A DNA stretch of 64,000 bases, taken from IMG/VR virus record IMGVR_UViG_3300036791_000703, positions 2,021-66,020 of that record; one strand, given 5' to 3'. Origin of the DNA: a virus. Its lineage: Duplodnaviria; Caudoviricetes. The notes beneath the pieces are model-generated. The model was given only the letters and a program-made list of their open reading frames with translations. It had not been told where the DNA came from and did not search any database. A program made the translations under genes and the position numbers. Positions 36,688-46,613 of the stretch are shown here, piece after piece. Numbering within the stretch: position 1 is the first letter of the stretch; each line of letters starts with the position of its first letter.

Positions 36688-38025
36688 ATGTCCGGTCCCG
36701 TCATCTTCATGAAGGACCTGCAGGTCGACGTGTCCGGTGATGTGCTTGATTACATCTTCTTCAATCAACGCTTCCTCATCATCACCAACTCGATCAACGG
36801 TCTCGCGTCGCGCATGGATGGTTACGACGCAACCATCAACGACATCATGCAGATCGCTCTCAATCGCACCAACATGGTGCTGGGACCGTTCCTTGAACAG
36901 CTGCAGGACGCGGCGCTGTATGGCTTTCTGACCGTCGAGGCGGATATCCCGCTCGGCCAGCCGCCGTTGTCGCTCACCGTCAACACCGACATGCAGTTCA
37001 CCTGCACTTCGAGCGGTCTCTCGGTGTTCACGCCGACGCCCTACGTGCTGGCGCTCGACGTGCTCGATCCGAACAACTGGGGCATCCTGTCGACCACCTC
37101 GTACGACGCGACCAGCGGGCAGTACGTCGGCCACGTGGTGTATTGCACCAAGACCCAGCAGAGCGATAAGTGGTCGCTGTCGTGCAACTCGGCGCTGCCG
37201 GCGGCGATGATGCAGCTGCTGACTCAGGCGCAAGCTGCGGCGGCCTCGGCGACCAGTGAAGCCGCTCAAGTCACGCAGCTGCTCAACGAGGTGACCCAGC
37301 TCATTCAGATCGTGCAATCGGGTCCGGTGGTGTCGGTGTGCAACAAGGCTGGCGTGGTGACCTTGGTGCCGGCCGACATCACCGGTCTTCTCGATGCGCT
37401 CAACGCTTGCGCCACGGTTGGCGCACTCAACACCGGATTGGCGCAGAAGCAGAACAGCTCGGCGGCCCTCACGACGTTCGCGGCGCTGCCGTCTGCTACC
37501 GACAAGCTGCCCTACTTCAGCGGCGTCGGCGCCATGGCGGTGGCGACCTTCACCGCGTTCGCACGCACTCTTGTTGGCGCTGTCGACGCGCCGACTGCGC
37601 GCGGTATCCTTGGGCTCGGCGATGCTTCGACGCACCCGGCCTCAGATTTCGCCACGCCCGCGCAGGTGTCGACGATTATCGGTCAGACCAACATTCATTC
37701 CGATGCGATCCTTGCCATCTCTGACGACCAGACCGGGACCTCGTACATCTTCGTCTCCGCTGACTACGGTCGGACGCTCACCATGACGAACGCCGCAGCG
37801 ATCACGGCGACACTGCCAAACAACCTTCCAAAGGGTTGGAACGCGCTGATCTGCCAGGGCGGCGCCGGTGTGATCACGTTCGCGGCTGGCGCCGGTGTCA
37901 CGCTGGTCAACCGCCAGAGTCAGTACAAGTCGGCAGGGCAATACGCGATGCTGTCGCTGATGTGCCTCTCGAACCCGGCTGGCAACAACCCGGTGATCGT
38001 GCTCGGTGGGGATACCTCGGCATGA
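36688..38025 (+). CDS. Tail fibre protein
   Basis: VVSVCNKAGVVTL, DKLPYF.G...ARTL...ARGILGLG and C-terminal QTGTSY...QGGAG fibre motifs. Confidence 0.8.
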   Translation: MSGPVIFMKDLQVDVSGDVLDYIFFNQRFLIITNSINGLASRMDGYDATINDIMQIALNRTNMVLGPFLEQLQDAALYGFLTVEADIPLGQPPLSLTVNTDMQFTCTSSGLSVFTPTPYVLALDVLDPNNWGILSTTSYDATSGQYVGHVVYCTKTQQSDKWSLSCNSALPAAMMQLLTQAQAAAASATSEAAQVTQLLNEVTQLIQIVQSGPVVSVCNKAGVVTLVPADITGLLDALNACATVGALNTGLAQKQNSSAALTTFAALPSATDKLPYFSGVGAMAVATFTAFARTLVGAVDAPTARGILGLGDASTHPASDFATPAQVSTIIGQTNIHSDAILAISDDQTGTSYIFVSADYGRTLTMTNAAAITATLPNNLPKGWNALICQGGAGVITFAAGAGVTLVNRQSQYKSAGQYAMLSLMCLSNPAGNNPVIVLGGDTSA

Positions 38026-38423
38026 TCATCGTGCCGACGGTGCGCGGCTTCGTCAAAGCCTCGGCGCCGAAGGTTACGCCGACGCTGTCGTTCGATACGC
38101 CGCCTCTGCTTCCGGTGTCGGGTCACGGTTCTGTCACTGCCTACACCCCCGCTCATGTCGGTGGCGGCCCGTTCTGGGTCGAGTGGTCCGGCAACGCCGG
38201 CAACGCCATCATCACGGCCGGCGGTCTCTCCACCGACAAGGTGCACAACGTGACCGGCATGACCGTCACCACCGGCATGGTGCTCTACGGCTTCGGCACC
38301 CTCTCCGCCGGGGCGCTCGTTGGCGCCTCCTACCAGATCGGCTTCAACATGAAGACGGCACAGAACGGCACGTTGATCGGTCTCACCTACTTCAACATCA
38401 CCACGACTTCCCCGAACGTCTGA
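38022..38423 (+). CDS. Putative fibre tip/cap protein
   Basis: ATGA-coupled to the fibre gene; beta-rich. Confidence 0.6.
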   Translation: MIIVPTVRGFVKASAPKVTPTLSFDTPPLLPVSGHGSVTAYTPAHVGGGPFWVEWSGNAGNAIITAGGLSTDKVHNVTGMTVTTGMVLYGFGTLSAGALVGASYQIGFNMKTAQNGTLIGLTYFNITTTSPNV

Positions 38424-38434
38424 CGAGGAAAACG

Positions 38435-38674
38435 ATGGGCTACACCTATGACTATTCGCGGCTGCGCGTCGACGGGGTTCAATCCATTGTCATCAGCAAC
38501 ATCTCGCCCGATCCTCTGTCGACCGAGTACGTGCGGCTGATCCAGATTTATACCGATCCGGCGACCAACACGAACCGGCGGCCGATCGTCGAGGTCGCGG
38601 TCTATGGCGGTGATCAGCAAATCGCCGACCAGACTCCGTTGGAGATCACCATCCCCGGCGGCGTGGAGTTCTGA
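38435..38674 (+). CDS. Small tail-region protein (paralog of 39288-39518)
   Basis: GAGG RBS; YVRLIQIY...NRRPIVE...YGGDQ. Confidence 0.75.
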   Translation: MGYTYDYSRLRVDGVQSIVISNISPDPLSTEYVRLIQIYTDPATNTNRRPIVEVAVYGGDQQIADQTPLEITIPGGVEF

Positions 38675-38676
38675 CG

Positions 38677-39291
38677 ATGCCGATCGGTCATGTCGCCATC
38701 GACAATGTCATGTACGGCGATGCGCTTGCCGGTTTGACGTGGCAATTGCGACTCGGTGGCGGTGGCGATGCCTACCTCTACAATGTCTGGGGCACCGTCA
38801 CCGGAGGTCCGCAGCCCTACGCCATCAGTGCGCAGAACGGCACGAACTTCGTGCGCAACTCGAAGACGTTGCTGTTCGTCCCCGGTGAGTTCTATCGACA
38901 ATCGTCGAACGGAGCGGTGATCAATTCGCCAACCGGCGCTCCCGTATCTGCCCAGAGTTTTGACAACGCTCTCGGTGCCTGGGGGTTACGACAGAGCGGC
39001 GCCAGCTGCCCGGTCGTTCCGGTCTCGATCGCGTTCCGGGCGCCGCATCTCGTGCCACAGGGCTTGATCAACGTCGCGATCTGGAGCTGGACGCTGGCGA
39101 CCTATGGCGGCAACAACGCCATCGATCCACAGCAATGCATCAACACCACGGTGCATCTGGCGTTCGATTGGGAGACCGAGCCGCCGCCGGTCGTTAACCC
39201 CGGTCCTTCCGGGCCGGGGACGGTGATCGTGCAGACAGCGCCGGGGATCACGACGCCGAACACCAAGCTCAGCGTCAGGCAGAACCAATGA
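38677..39291 (+). CDS. Hypothetical tail-region protein
   Basis: In-operon ORF with typical codon usage. Confidence 0.7.
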   Translation: MPIGHVAIDNVMYGDALAGLTWQLRLGGGGDAYLYNVWGTVTGGPQPYAISAQNGTNFVRNSKTLLFVPGEFYRQSSNGAVINSPTGAPVSAQSFDNALGAWGLRQSGASCPVVPVSIAFRAPHLVPQGLINVAIWSWTLATYGGNNAIDPQQCINTTVHLAFDWETEPPPVVNPGPSGPGTVIVQTAPGITTPNTKLSVRQNQ

Positions 39292-39518
39292 GCAATGGTG
39301 ATCCGATCGTCGACACCGCGAGCGGGCTGTTCTCGATCTCGGTGATCGCGCCCGACCCCAACAGCAATTCCTATGTCCGGCTGATCCAGATTTACGCCGA
39401 CCTGCCGGACGTTACCAACCGGCGGCCGATCGTCGAATTGCTTCTCTACGGTGGCGATCAGACGGCGGGCAATGTCACGCCGCTGCAGATCAGCGTGCCC
39501 GGCGGCACGGTGTACTGA
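39288..39518 (+). CDS. Small tail-region protein (paralog of 38435-38674)
   Basis: Same YVRLIQIY/NRRPIVE/YGGDQ motifs. Confidence 0.75.
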   Translation: MSNGDPIVDTASGLFSISVIAPDPNSNSYVRLIQIYADLPDVTNRRPIVELLLYGGDQTAGNVTPLQISVPGGTVY

Positions 39519-39560
39519 TCGCATAGCGATCAAATCTTCACACACGAAAGGAAAGAGACC

Positions 39561-41477
39561 ATGGGTACGACCCCCGTCTTCGGCTTGCAATTTATTCAGC
39601 AAGATGATCAGGCGATGCCGGTCATAGGTGCTAATATGGACGTTATCGGAATTATCGGCCCGTCGTCCACCGCCGACCCGGAGATTTTTCCGCTCGATAC
39701 GCCGGTCCTCTTCTTCTCCAACGATACACTCCTGCTTTCGCACCTTGGGTCCGACGGCTACATTCCTGATGCAATCAACGGCATCAATGCGCAGCTGGCG
39801 GACTTCCAGATCGCGGCGCAGATCGTGATCGTGCGGACGGCCTATGGCGACAGTCTGGTCTCGGAGACCGAGACGCTGCAGCAGACCATCGCGCGCATTA
39901 TGGGCGACAGCGTGCTCGGCACCGGGCTCTATGCGTTCCTCAAGGCGCCCAACACGCTCTATTGCACGCCGCGCATCATCGTTGCGCCCGGCTACACCGG
40001 ACAGATGGCGAACTCGCTCGATACCCTGACGATCGAGAATGACGGCGTCGGCTACATCCCGAACCAGACCTACGGCATCACCTTCGCGCTCGGCAACGGC
40101 GAGCAGAACCTGACAACGTCAGTGCTGCCGAAGGGGCATGCGGTCGCCGACAACAACGGCCACATCGGCGAGCAGGAGCTGTTCATCGACAGCTGGGGCG
40201 CGTGGTTCACGGTGGCGCCGGTGGCGACGCTGCCGCCGCCCGACGGCACCCCGGCGCCTGCCTCGCCCGCGCAGGGCCAGATCATCTTCAACGCTCAGCC
40301 GGGTGTCGGCACCAACATCGCGATCAGCTCACAGCCAGTCACTTTCATCGCCCATGGTGGGACGCCCGCTGCGTATCAGGTCGCGCTCGGCGTCAATCTC
40401 GACGAGACGCTCGACAACCTCGTCGCCTACTTGATGGGGACCACGGCGCAGGCCGATCCCAATCTCGGGCTGTGCACCTACGTCAAGGCGGCGTCGACCT
40501 ATCTGAGCCTGTTGATCACCTCGAAGGCGACCGCGGCGGCAGCCAACGACATCACCGTCACCACCAACGTCACCGGCGCCCAGTGCTCGCCGACGCTGCA
40601 GGGTGGCGCCGACGCTGAAATCTCGACCCAGGCGACAGTGCTCTGCACGATGGCGCTCGGCGCCAATCCGGTGTGCGCCAACATGACCGGCGTGCTCGAT
40701 ACCCTGATCGGCCATGGCATCGTCGAGAGCGCCGGCACTTCGATGATCGCCGACGAGAGCTGGCGCACCACGCTCAACAGCCAGCGCCTCATTGGGCTGT
40801 CTGGTGGCGTCAAAATTCAGGACCCGTACTCCGGCGACATCGTGGTGATGCCGTTGGCGCCGCGGATGGCGGGCGCGCTGGTCGCCGAAGATTTCAGGAC
40901 CGGCTACCCGTTCCACTCGTGCGCCAACCGCGCCATCCAGGGTATTGTCGGCCCGGCGCGCTCGATCGCGTTCTCGCTCACCGATGGTGAGACCGAGGGA
41001 CAGGTGCTGCTTGGTGCCAACCTCGGGATCATTGCGCGCGGTCTGATCGGGGTCGAGAGCGCGATCTCGTCCGGCGGTTTCATCCTGATCTCGACCGACA
41101 ACATGGGGGATGATTCGCTCTGGCAAATGTACAACGTGAAAAGAGGGCGCGACTATATTCATCTCTCGCTGATGCCCGCGTTGCGCACCTATCTAGGCCG
41201 CTCTAACATCGATCGTCAAACTGTTACCAACGTCGAGGAAACCATCGCGTCGTTCCTCGCCCAGCTTACGGCGCTTCAGCAAATCCTCGGCTACAAGGTC
41301 ACCTTCAGCGGCAGCCTCAACAGCGCGGAGGAGATCAGGCTCGGGCATCTCACCGTGAGCTTCGCGGCCGAAGAGCCGCCGGTGCTCAAGTTGATCACCA
41401 CTATGTCAGCTCGCTACAAGCCGGCGATCGACGCCATGGTCTCGCAGCTCGCCGAGCAGCTGGTGTTCAGCGGCTGA
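39561..41477 (+). CDS. Contractile tail sheath protein (P2 FI-like) with nested insertions
   Basis: VIGIIG....AD...FPLDTPV, TGLYAF...PRIIVAPG, S.ANR.I.GI, NSAEEIRLG.L. Confidence 0.92.
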   Translation: MGTTPVFGLQFIQQDDQAMPVIGANMDVIGIIGPSSTADPEIFPLDTPVLFFSNDTLLLSHLGSDGYIPDAINGINAQLADFQIAAQIVIVRTAYGDSLVSETETLQQTIARIMGDSVLGTGLYAFLKAPNTLYCTPRIIVAPGYTGQMANSLDTLTIENDGVGYIPNQTYGITFALGNGEQNLTTSVLPKGHAVADNNGHIGEQELFIDSWGAWFTVAPVATLPPPDGTPAPASPAQGQIIFNAQPGVGTNIAISSQPVTFIAHGGTPAAYQVALGVNLDETLDNLVAYLMGTTAQADPNLGLCTYVKAASTYLSLLITSKATAAAANDITVTTNVTGAQCSPTLQGGADAEISTQATVLCTMALGANPVCANMTGVLDTLIGHGIVESAGTSMIADESWRTTLNSQRLIGLSGGVKIQDPYSGDIVVMPLAPRMAGALVAEDFRTGYPFHSCANRAIQGIVGPARSIAFSLTDGETEGQVLLGANLGIIARGLIGVESAISSGGFILISTDNMGDDSLWQMYNVKRGRDYIHLSLMPALRTYLGRSNIDRQTVTNVEETIASFLAQLTALQQILGYKVTFSGSLNSAEEIRLGHLTVSFAAEEPPVLKLITTMSARYKPAIDAMVSQLAEQLVFSG

Positions 41478-41490
41478 CGGGGAGACAGCG

Positions 41491-42015
41491 ATGGCTGAGA
41501 CGATCCTCACGTTGGATCAGGCCAACATGTTCTGTGGTCGCGAGCCGGGCGACGTGAACAATGGCCTCTACCTCGAATTAACCGAGGTCAAGCTGCCGGC
41601 GATGAACGAGCAATACATCGATCATCGTGCCGGTGGTACGCCGATCGCGATCGAAATCGACACCATGTTTGCCAAGCTTGAGTCGACGTTCCAGCTGCTC
41701 GGCTGGAACGTCAACACGGCAACCATGATCGGAACGTGGATGGCAGAACAGAATGTTTTTTGGGTTTACGGTTTGGCGCGAGATCGTATGACCGGGCAGC
41801 CATCTCGTGTCACTGCCAAGATGCGCGGCAGGCTTGGCCTCGCCGAGCCGCAGAACTGGAATAGGTCTGGGGCGCATCATTGGAATTATGCGATTAAAGG
41901 TATTATCGCCTACGATCTGGTCGTCGGTAATACCTCAATATATTCATGGGACTTTTTCGCAAACAAACTTGTCATCGGCCCGGTGGCGGGAAATTCGCCG
42001 CAACAGTTCTTCTGA
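41491..42015 (+). CDS. Tail tube protein 1 (P2 FII-like)
   Basis: ANMF...EVKLP...HRAGG...KLE.TF...MRGRL...WDFFAN; follows the sheath gene. Confidence 0.9.
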   Translation: MAETILTLDQANMFCGREPGDVNNGLYLELTEVKLPAMNEQYIDHRAGGTPIAIEIDTMFAKLESTFQLLGWNVNTATMIGTWMAEQNVFWVYGLARDRMTGQPSRVTAKMRGRLGLAEPQNWNRSGAHHWNYAIKGIIAYDLVVGNTSIYSWDFFANKLVIGPVAGNSPQQFF

Positions 42016-42037
42016 CGAAACGCAACGGAGTAGACAC

Positions 42038-42628
42038 ATGGCTGAGACCATTCTCACGCTTGACCAAGCCAACATGTTCTGCGGGCGCGAACCCACGGAC
42101 GTGAATAACGGTCTGTACTTGGAGCTGACCGAATTCAAGCTGCCGGCGATGAACGACCAGTTCGTCGACCACCGCGGCGCTGGCGTGCCGATCTCGATTG
42201 AAGTCGATACCATCTTCGCCAAGCTGGAGTCGACGTTTCAGTTGATCGGCTGGAACGTCCAGACCGCGACGCTGATCGCGTCGTGGATGGCCGAGCAGAA
42301 TGTGTTCTGGATTTACGGGCTGGCGCGCGATCGGATGACCGGCGAGTCGTCACGCGTCACCGCGAAGATGCGAGGTAAGCTCGGTCTTGCCGATCCGCAG
42401 AACTGGAACAGGTCGGGTGCCCAGCATTGGAATTACGCGATCAAGGGCATCATCTCCTACGACCTCGTGATCGGAAACACCTCGGTGTACAGCTGGGATT
42501 TTTTCGCCAACAGATTTGTCGTTGGCACCTGGGATCGCAATTCCGACACCAACGCGATCCTCAACATTCCGATCGCCACCGCGGCGCCGATCTTGGTCGG
42601 TCCGGTCATCGAGCCGGGGACGCCGTAA
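42038..42628 (+). CDS. Tail tube protein 2 (P2 FII-like)
   Basis: GGAG RBS and ATG at 42038; tandem paralog of tube 1. Confidence 0.9.
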   Translation: MAETILTLDQANMFCGREPTDVNNGLYLELTEFKLPAMNDQFVDHRGAGVPISIEVDTIFAKLESTFQLIGWNVQTATLIASWMAEQNVFWIYGLARDRMTGESSRVTAKMRGKLGLADPQNWNRSGAQHWNYAIKGIISYDLVIGNTSVYSWDFFANRFVVGTWDRNSDTNAILNIPIATAAPILVGPVIEPGTP

Positions 42629-42631
42629 GCC

Positions 42632-43138
42632 ATGGCGCTCGATACGCTTCGCAAGACCGGCGGTTGGTGCGTCGAACTGTATGTGCCGCTCAAATGGGGC
42701 GCGCGGACTGTCGACACCATCGAGATCAAGGCGCCGACCATTGGCCTTCTCACCCGGTGGCAACGTGGCGACATTCCGTCGTCGATGGCGCTATTGGCCG
42801 AGCTGTCCGACATTCCGGAGTCGATCCTCAACACCATCACCTATCCGGACGCCGACCGCGTTCTGCTGGCGATGTTCAACGTGGTGCCGAAGCCAATCCA
42901 GTCCGACTTCTCAAACGGCGTGAGACCGCTGTCGACACCGCCTGATGAGGCGCCGGAGCCGGCGCCGGGATCGCGGCCGTTGGCGGTCGACGATCCGCGC
43001 TTCCCGAAGCACGAAGGCACGCTGTCACAGCCAGAACCGGAGCCTGTGCCCGCGCCCGCGCCTGCGCCCGCGCCAGCTTCGACCGGGGGGATTGGTGTTT
43101 CGATGGATGGGCCATCGGTAATCAGAAAGGTTGTCTGA
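42632..43138 (+). CDS. Tail assembly chaperone (gpE-like)
   Basis: L.VPL...VDTIEIKAPT...LLAELS......I...D pattern; lies between tube and tape measure. Confidence 0.8.
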   Translation: MALDTLRKTGGWCVELYVPLKWGARTVDTIEIKAPTIGLLTRWQRGDIPSSMALLAELSDIPESILNTITYPDADRVLLAMFNVVPKPIQSDFSNGVRPLSTPPDEAPEPAPGSRPLAVDDPRFPKHEGTLSQPEPEPVPAPAPAPAPASTGGIGVSMDGPSVIRKVV

Positions 43139-46100
43139 CGTGTCGGATGTCGACTATAGCGTCAAAATAACCGGGACCGACGAGACCAAGCAGGCATTCG
43201 AGTCGGCGGCGCGCAACGCGACCGACGCCTCGAAGATGATCAACACGCAGTTCGCCAATCTAACGCAGAGCGTCGACAAACAGACTGCGGCGATCGAGAA
43301 GCTTGCCAAGAAAGCAGCAGGCAAGGGAGACGAGGACCTCAGCGGTGCGTTCGGTGCGGCCGGAAAATCCGTCGAAGGGTTTTCTGATGGGCTGAAAAAA
43401 GCGCTGTCGCCAGCCGTCGTCATCGCTTTTGTCGAGAAATCGATCGAGGCGTTCGGTGCGATGGAGGACATGCAGAATCGCATGATCGCCACCGGCAAGG
43501 TGAACAAGCAGCAGTCAGAGGAGGTGCTTAAAGTATTAAAAGAAATTGCGATCTTCACCGGCCAGAGCCGTGACGTGATCGGTGATCATTATACCAAGGT
43601 GCTTCAAAATAATGAAAAGCTGATCGGCTCCCTCAAGGACATGGAGCTGTACGCCCATATGGCGAAGATTCCTTTTGAAGCTGCCTTGGATGTCGGTCAG
43701 GCGGCAGTGTCAGGTGGCTTGGACCCCAAGGACCTACCGCAATACTACGCCCGATTGGCGCAGGGCGTAGAGGTTTCCGGTAAGGCAACCGCAACGGCCA
43801 CCACTGCGGCACTCGATAGGCTGAAGAGCCTGCAGCTAATCGGGCCGGAGATGGAAAAGCAGGTGACCTCTGTCATCGCAGCGACCACCACCGCTTCGGT
43901 GACTCCGGAAAAGGCCGCCAGCAATCTGGCCACGGTGATGGAGAGGCTCTACCACAAAACCCCCGGCAGTCCGTTGGCTAATCTGGGGGTCGAATTTCAG
44001 CAACTCACCGACCATGTTATCAATTTCGATCAGTTTGCCGACAAAGCGCTGCAGAAGTATGGCCCTGGAAATCCGGCTTTCAAATCGTTGTTTCAAAGTG
44101 ATGAGATTGGCAGGGAGTGGATTCAAAATCTCGCTGATGCGAAGAAATCTGGAAAACTACAAGAGGCCGCCAAGGACGTTCAGACGTTAGAAAACTGGCC
44201 GATGTACAAAGAGAGCCAGACCAAGCTCCTCAATGAAGCGAAGGTTGAGATCAGCGAGGTGGCGGATGAAGTCGGCAAGATGGTGAATGCCGGCGCGATC
44301 CTCAAAGACCTCTCTTCCGGCATCCATGCGCTGACGTTGGCAATCAGGGAGTTCAACGCGCTCGACACCAACATGAGCAGCATCATGGGGGCGGGCGCTC
44401 AGATCGTGACCGGCAAGCGCGGCACTCGCAACATGCCGATCACGACACCGCAGCCGTCGGTGATGCCCAACATTGGGCCAGGAGGCGGCGGTGGTGGTGG
44501 TGGTGGTGGCGGCGGCGGGTCTGGGCTGCCGAGAATTCCCGTCCCGCCCCAGCCCCAGCATTTCACTGGCGGTGGTGGTAGCGGAGGCGGAGGCGGCGGC
44601 GGTGGCTGGCGACCTGACGCACTCGGGGTCGGCGGCTGGCCATCCTCATCGAACATCGACGATCGCCGCAATCAGTCGCCCTATGGCGGCGGCTCTAGTG
44701 GTCCTGGCGGCGGGGCGCAATACTTCACCGGCTCCGGTGGTAGTCAGCAAGCCGCTGTGACGGCCATGCAGACCGCCAACGATGCCGACGTGCACGCCAT
44801 GGCGATGCGCGGCGAGACCGGTGGCGGTGCGGGCGCTGGCGGATATGGTTGGCCGGGCGCGATACAGGGTGGTCCAGGCGATGCCGGTGGTGGCGGTGGC
44901 ACTGGCTGGGGTCCAGGCGGTGGCCATGGCGGTGCCGGCTATGGCTATGGCGGCGGCTTCCGTCCCGGTATCGGCGGCGCTCGCGGTCGCCCGGGCAGCG
45001 TCGGCGGTCGTCGCAGTCGCACCGGTCCCGGCGCTTCTGACACCACCACATCGACCGACAGCACCAGTCGGCCGGGGACGCTGCCGTGGCCGACCAATGC
45101 GCCGGCCGGGCGGATCGCCGGCACTACGACGGCGACCGGCTATGGCCGCGCCGAGCAGATGACACCGCACGATCTCGGCGGCACCACCACGACCGTGACC
45201 GGCTCGCAGACCTTGAAGCAAGCGCGAGCTGAAATGTTCAGGCAGATGGATGCCGATCCCAAGCTAAAGAATGATGTGATGCGCGCGATCCGCGCCGAGA
45301 ATAATAATCCACAGCCTGTGCTCGAAGCGTTCGCTAACCGCTATGCCGCCGACAAGAGCAGCAGCGTCTACAGCGCGCTTCACGGTGGGTTTTTCGGTCC
45401 CGTCAATCGCAACAGCGAAAGATATCGTTCGCCGCTTTCTGGGGAAGAGGAGAAAGCTGGCCTTGCTGCCTATGAAGCCGTGAAGAGCGGCAGCAACATG
45501 ATCGATTACCGCACCGATCAGGGCATGTGGCAGCCGGGATATTATGAGCATCCCTACGCCAAAAAGATTGGCGCCGAAGCGGCACGGTTGAAGCAGATCG
45601 GCGGTGAGTGGTTCAGCGATATGGGGCCGGATCAGCGGGCATGGGCTGATCGAATGCGGGCCGGTGGCGGTGAGACGACCACCACGTCGACTGGGCCAGG
45701 ACAACAAGCCGGTACGGCGCAGTGGCCCGGCGAGGGTGTCGTAGCAGGCGGCGGTGGCGCCTATGCAGGTCCACAGGCTGGCGCGATGAATGCGCCGGGT
45801 GGCAAGCCGCCGGAAGCTTTCATCATGCACCACACCAGCGGTGGCGGTACGCCGCAGGGTGTCGTCGAGGATTGGCGGCGCAACCGCCCCGGCATCGGCT
45901 CGCAGTACATCATGGATCGCGAAGGGCGGGTTTGGGACACCGCGAAGGAGCTTGGCTATGGCGGCACCAGCCACATGCTCACCGGCAAGGGCGAGGGTGC
46001 TGGTCTGTCGAATCGCAACGTCGTCGGAATGGAGCGGATCGGACAGAGCAACAAGGACTGGACGCAGGCACAAATCGACGCCGTCGGTCCTTGGATGGAG

Positions 46101-46613
46101 CAGCACTATCCTGGCATCCGGATGCTTGGACACGGTCAGGTCAACCCAGGCCATCGCGAGGCGGACGAAGGCAGGGTGATGATCGACGCGGTCAATCGGT
46201 ACCGCGCGACGCATTCTAAGTTAGCGGGTCCTTCCCCGTCCGGTGGTGCGCGTCTCGACAAGAACGCCCCTCCCGCTCCGTACATGCACGAAATGGAGGA
46301 TGTCGGGAAACAGCGAACCGATGCCGGTGGGGACCATGAGCCGGCGGCAATCCCTGACAAGTACAATCGACTCGGGCAGCATGAGAAATGGCCACCGGAG
46401 AAGCCGTCAACCGATGAGGGTCATGCTGGCGACGAGAATATCCGCCGCCAGCGCAGTGAGCTGTCGAAGCCGATCAAGACGACGATGAACGTCACCCACC
46501 CACGGCAGCATGAGAAGACGGCGCCACCGGATCGGCACAACTCGCGCATCGCTTCGATCGCACAGAGCCGTCATGACCGCCATCGCCACGGTGGTGACAT
46601 CGGATATGCGTGA
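43131..46613 (+). CDS. Tape measure protein 1 with SleB-like and N-acetylmuramoyl-L-alanine amidase domains
   Basis: About 430-aa helical N-terminus, Gly-rich linker, IRAE...ANRY...FGP domain, amidase motifs IMHHT / YIMDREG / H / GME / GHG. Start TTG 43131 or GTG 43140. Confidence 0.85.
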   Translation: MSDVSDVDYSVKITGTDETKQAFESAARNATDASKMINTQFANLTQSVDKQTAAIEKLAKKAAGKGDEDLSGAFGAAGKSVEGFSDGLKKALSPAVVIAFVEKSIEAFGAMEDMQNRMIATGKVNKQQSEEVLKVLKEIAIFTGQSRDVIGDHYTKVLQNNEKLIGSLKDMELYAHMAKIPFEAALDVGQAAVSGGLDPKDLPQYYARLAQGVEVSGKATATATTAALDRLKSLQLIGPEMEKQVTSVIAATTTASVTPEKAASNLATVMERLYHKTPGSPLANLGVEFQQLTDHVINFDQFADKALQKYGPGNPAFKSLFQSDEIGREWIQNLADAKKSGKLQEAAKDVQTLENWPMYKESQTKLLNEAKVEISEVADEVGKMVNAGAILKDLSSGIHALTLAIREFNALDTNMSSIMGAGAQIVTGKRGTRNMPITTPQPSVMPNIGPGGGGGGGGGGGGGSGLPRIPVPPQPQHFTGGGGSGGGGGGGGWRPDALGVGGWPSSSNIDDRRNQSPYGGGSSGPGGGAQYFTGSGGSQQAAVTAMQTANDADVHAMAMRGETGGGAGAGGYGWPGAIQGGPGDAGGGGGTGWGPGGGHGGAGYGYGGGFRPGIGGARGRPGSVGGRRSRTGPGASDTTTSTDSTSRPGTLPWPTNAPAGRIAGTTTATGYGRAEQMTPHDLGGTTTTVTGSQTLKQARAEMFRQMDADPKLKNDVMRAIRAENNNPQPVLEAFANRYAADKSSSVYSALHGGFFGPVNRNSERYRSPLSGEEEKAGLAAYEAVKSGSNMIDYRTDQGMWQPGYYEHPYAKKIGAEAARLKQIGGEWFSDMGPDQRAWADRMRAGGGETTTTSTGPGQQAGTAQWPGEGVVAGGGGAYAGPQAGAMNAPGGKPPEAFIMHHTSGGGTPQGVVEDWRRNRPGIGSQYIMDREGRVWDTAKELGYGGTSHMLTGKGEGAGLSNRNVVGMERIGQSNKDWTQAQIDAVGPWMEQHYPGIRMLGHGQVNPGHREADEGRVMIDAVNRYRATHSKLAGPSPSGGARLDKNAPPAPYMHEMEDVGKQRTDAGGDHEPAAIPDKYNRLGQHEKWPPEKPSTDEGHAGDENIRRQRSELSKPIKTTMNVTHPRQHEKTAPPDRHNSRIASIAQSRHDRHRHGGDIGYA

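Noticed and set aside
42632-43138. Programmed -1 frameshift (gpE/E' type) in the tail chaperone
   Set aside because: No convincing slippery site followed by a separate downstream frame; the tape measure starts immediately.
44480-44960. GGC/GGT microsatellite-like tracts
   Set aside because: They encode in-frame poly-Gly linkers of tape measure 1; no evidence of phase variation.
7031-46214. Many long minus-strand and alternate-frame ORFs (e.g. 7031-8428, 14207-15523, 28886-30361, 29230-30684, 35923-37635)
   Set aside because: Shadow ORFs expected from high GC3 coding on the + strand; no motifs or RBSs.
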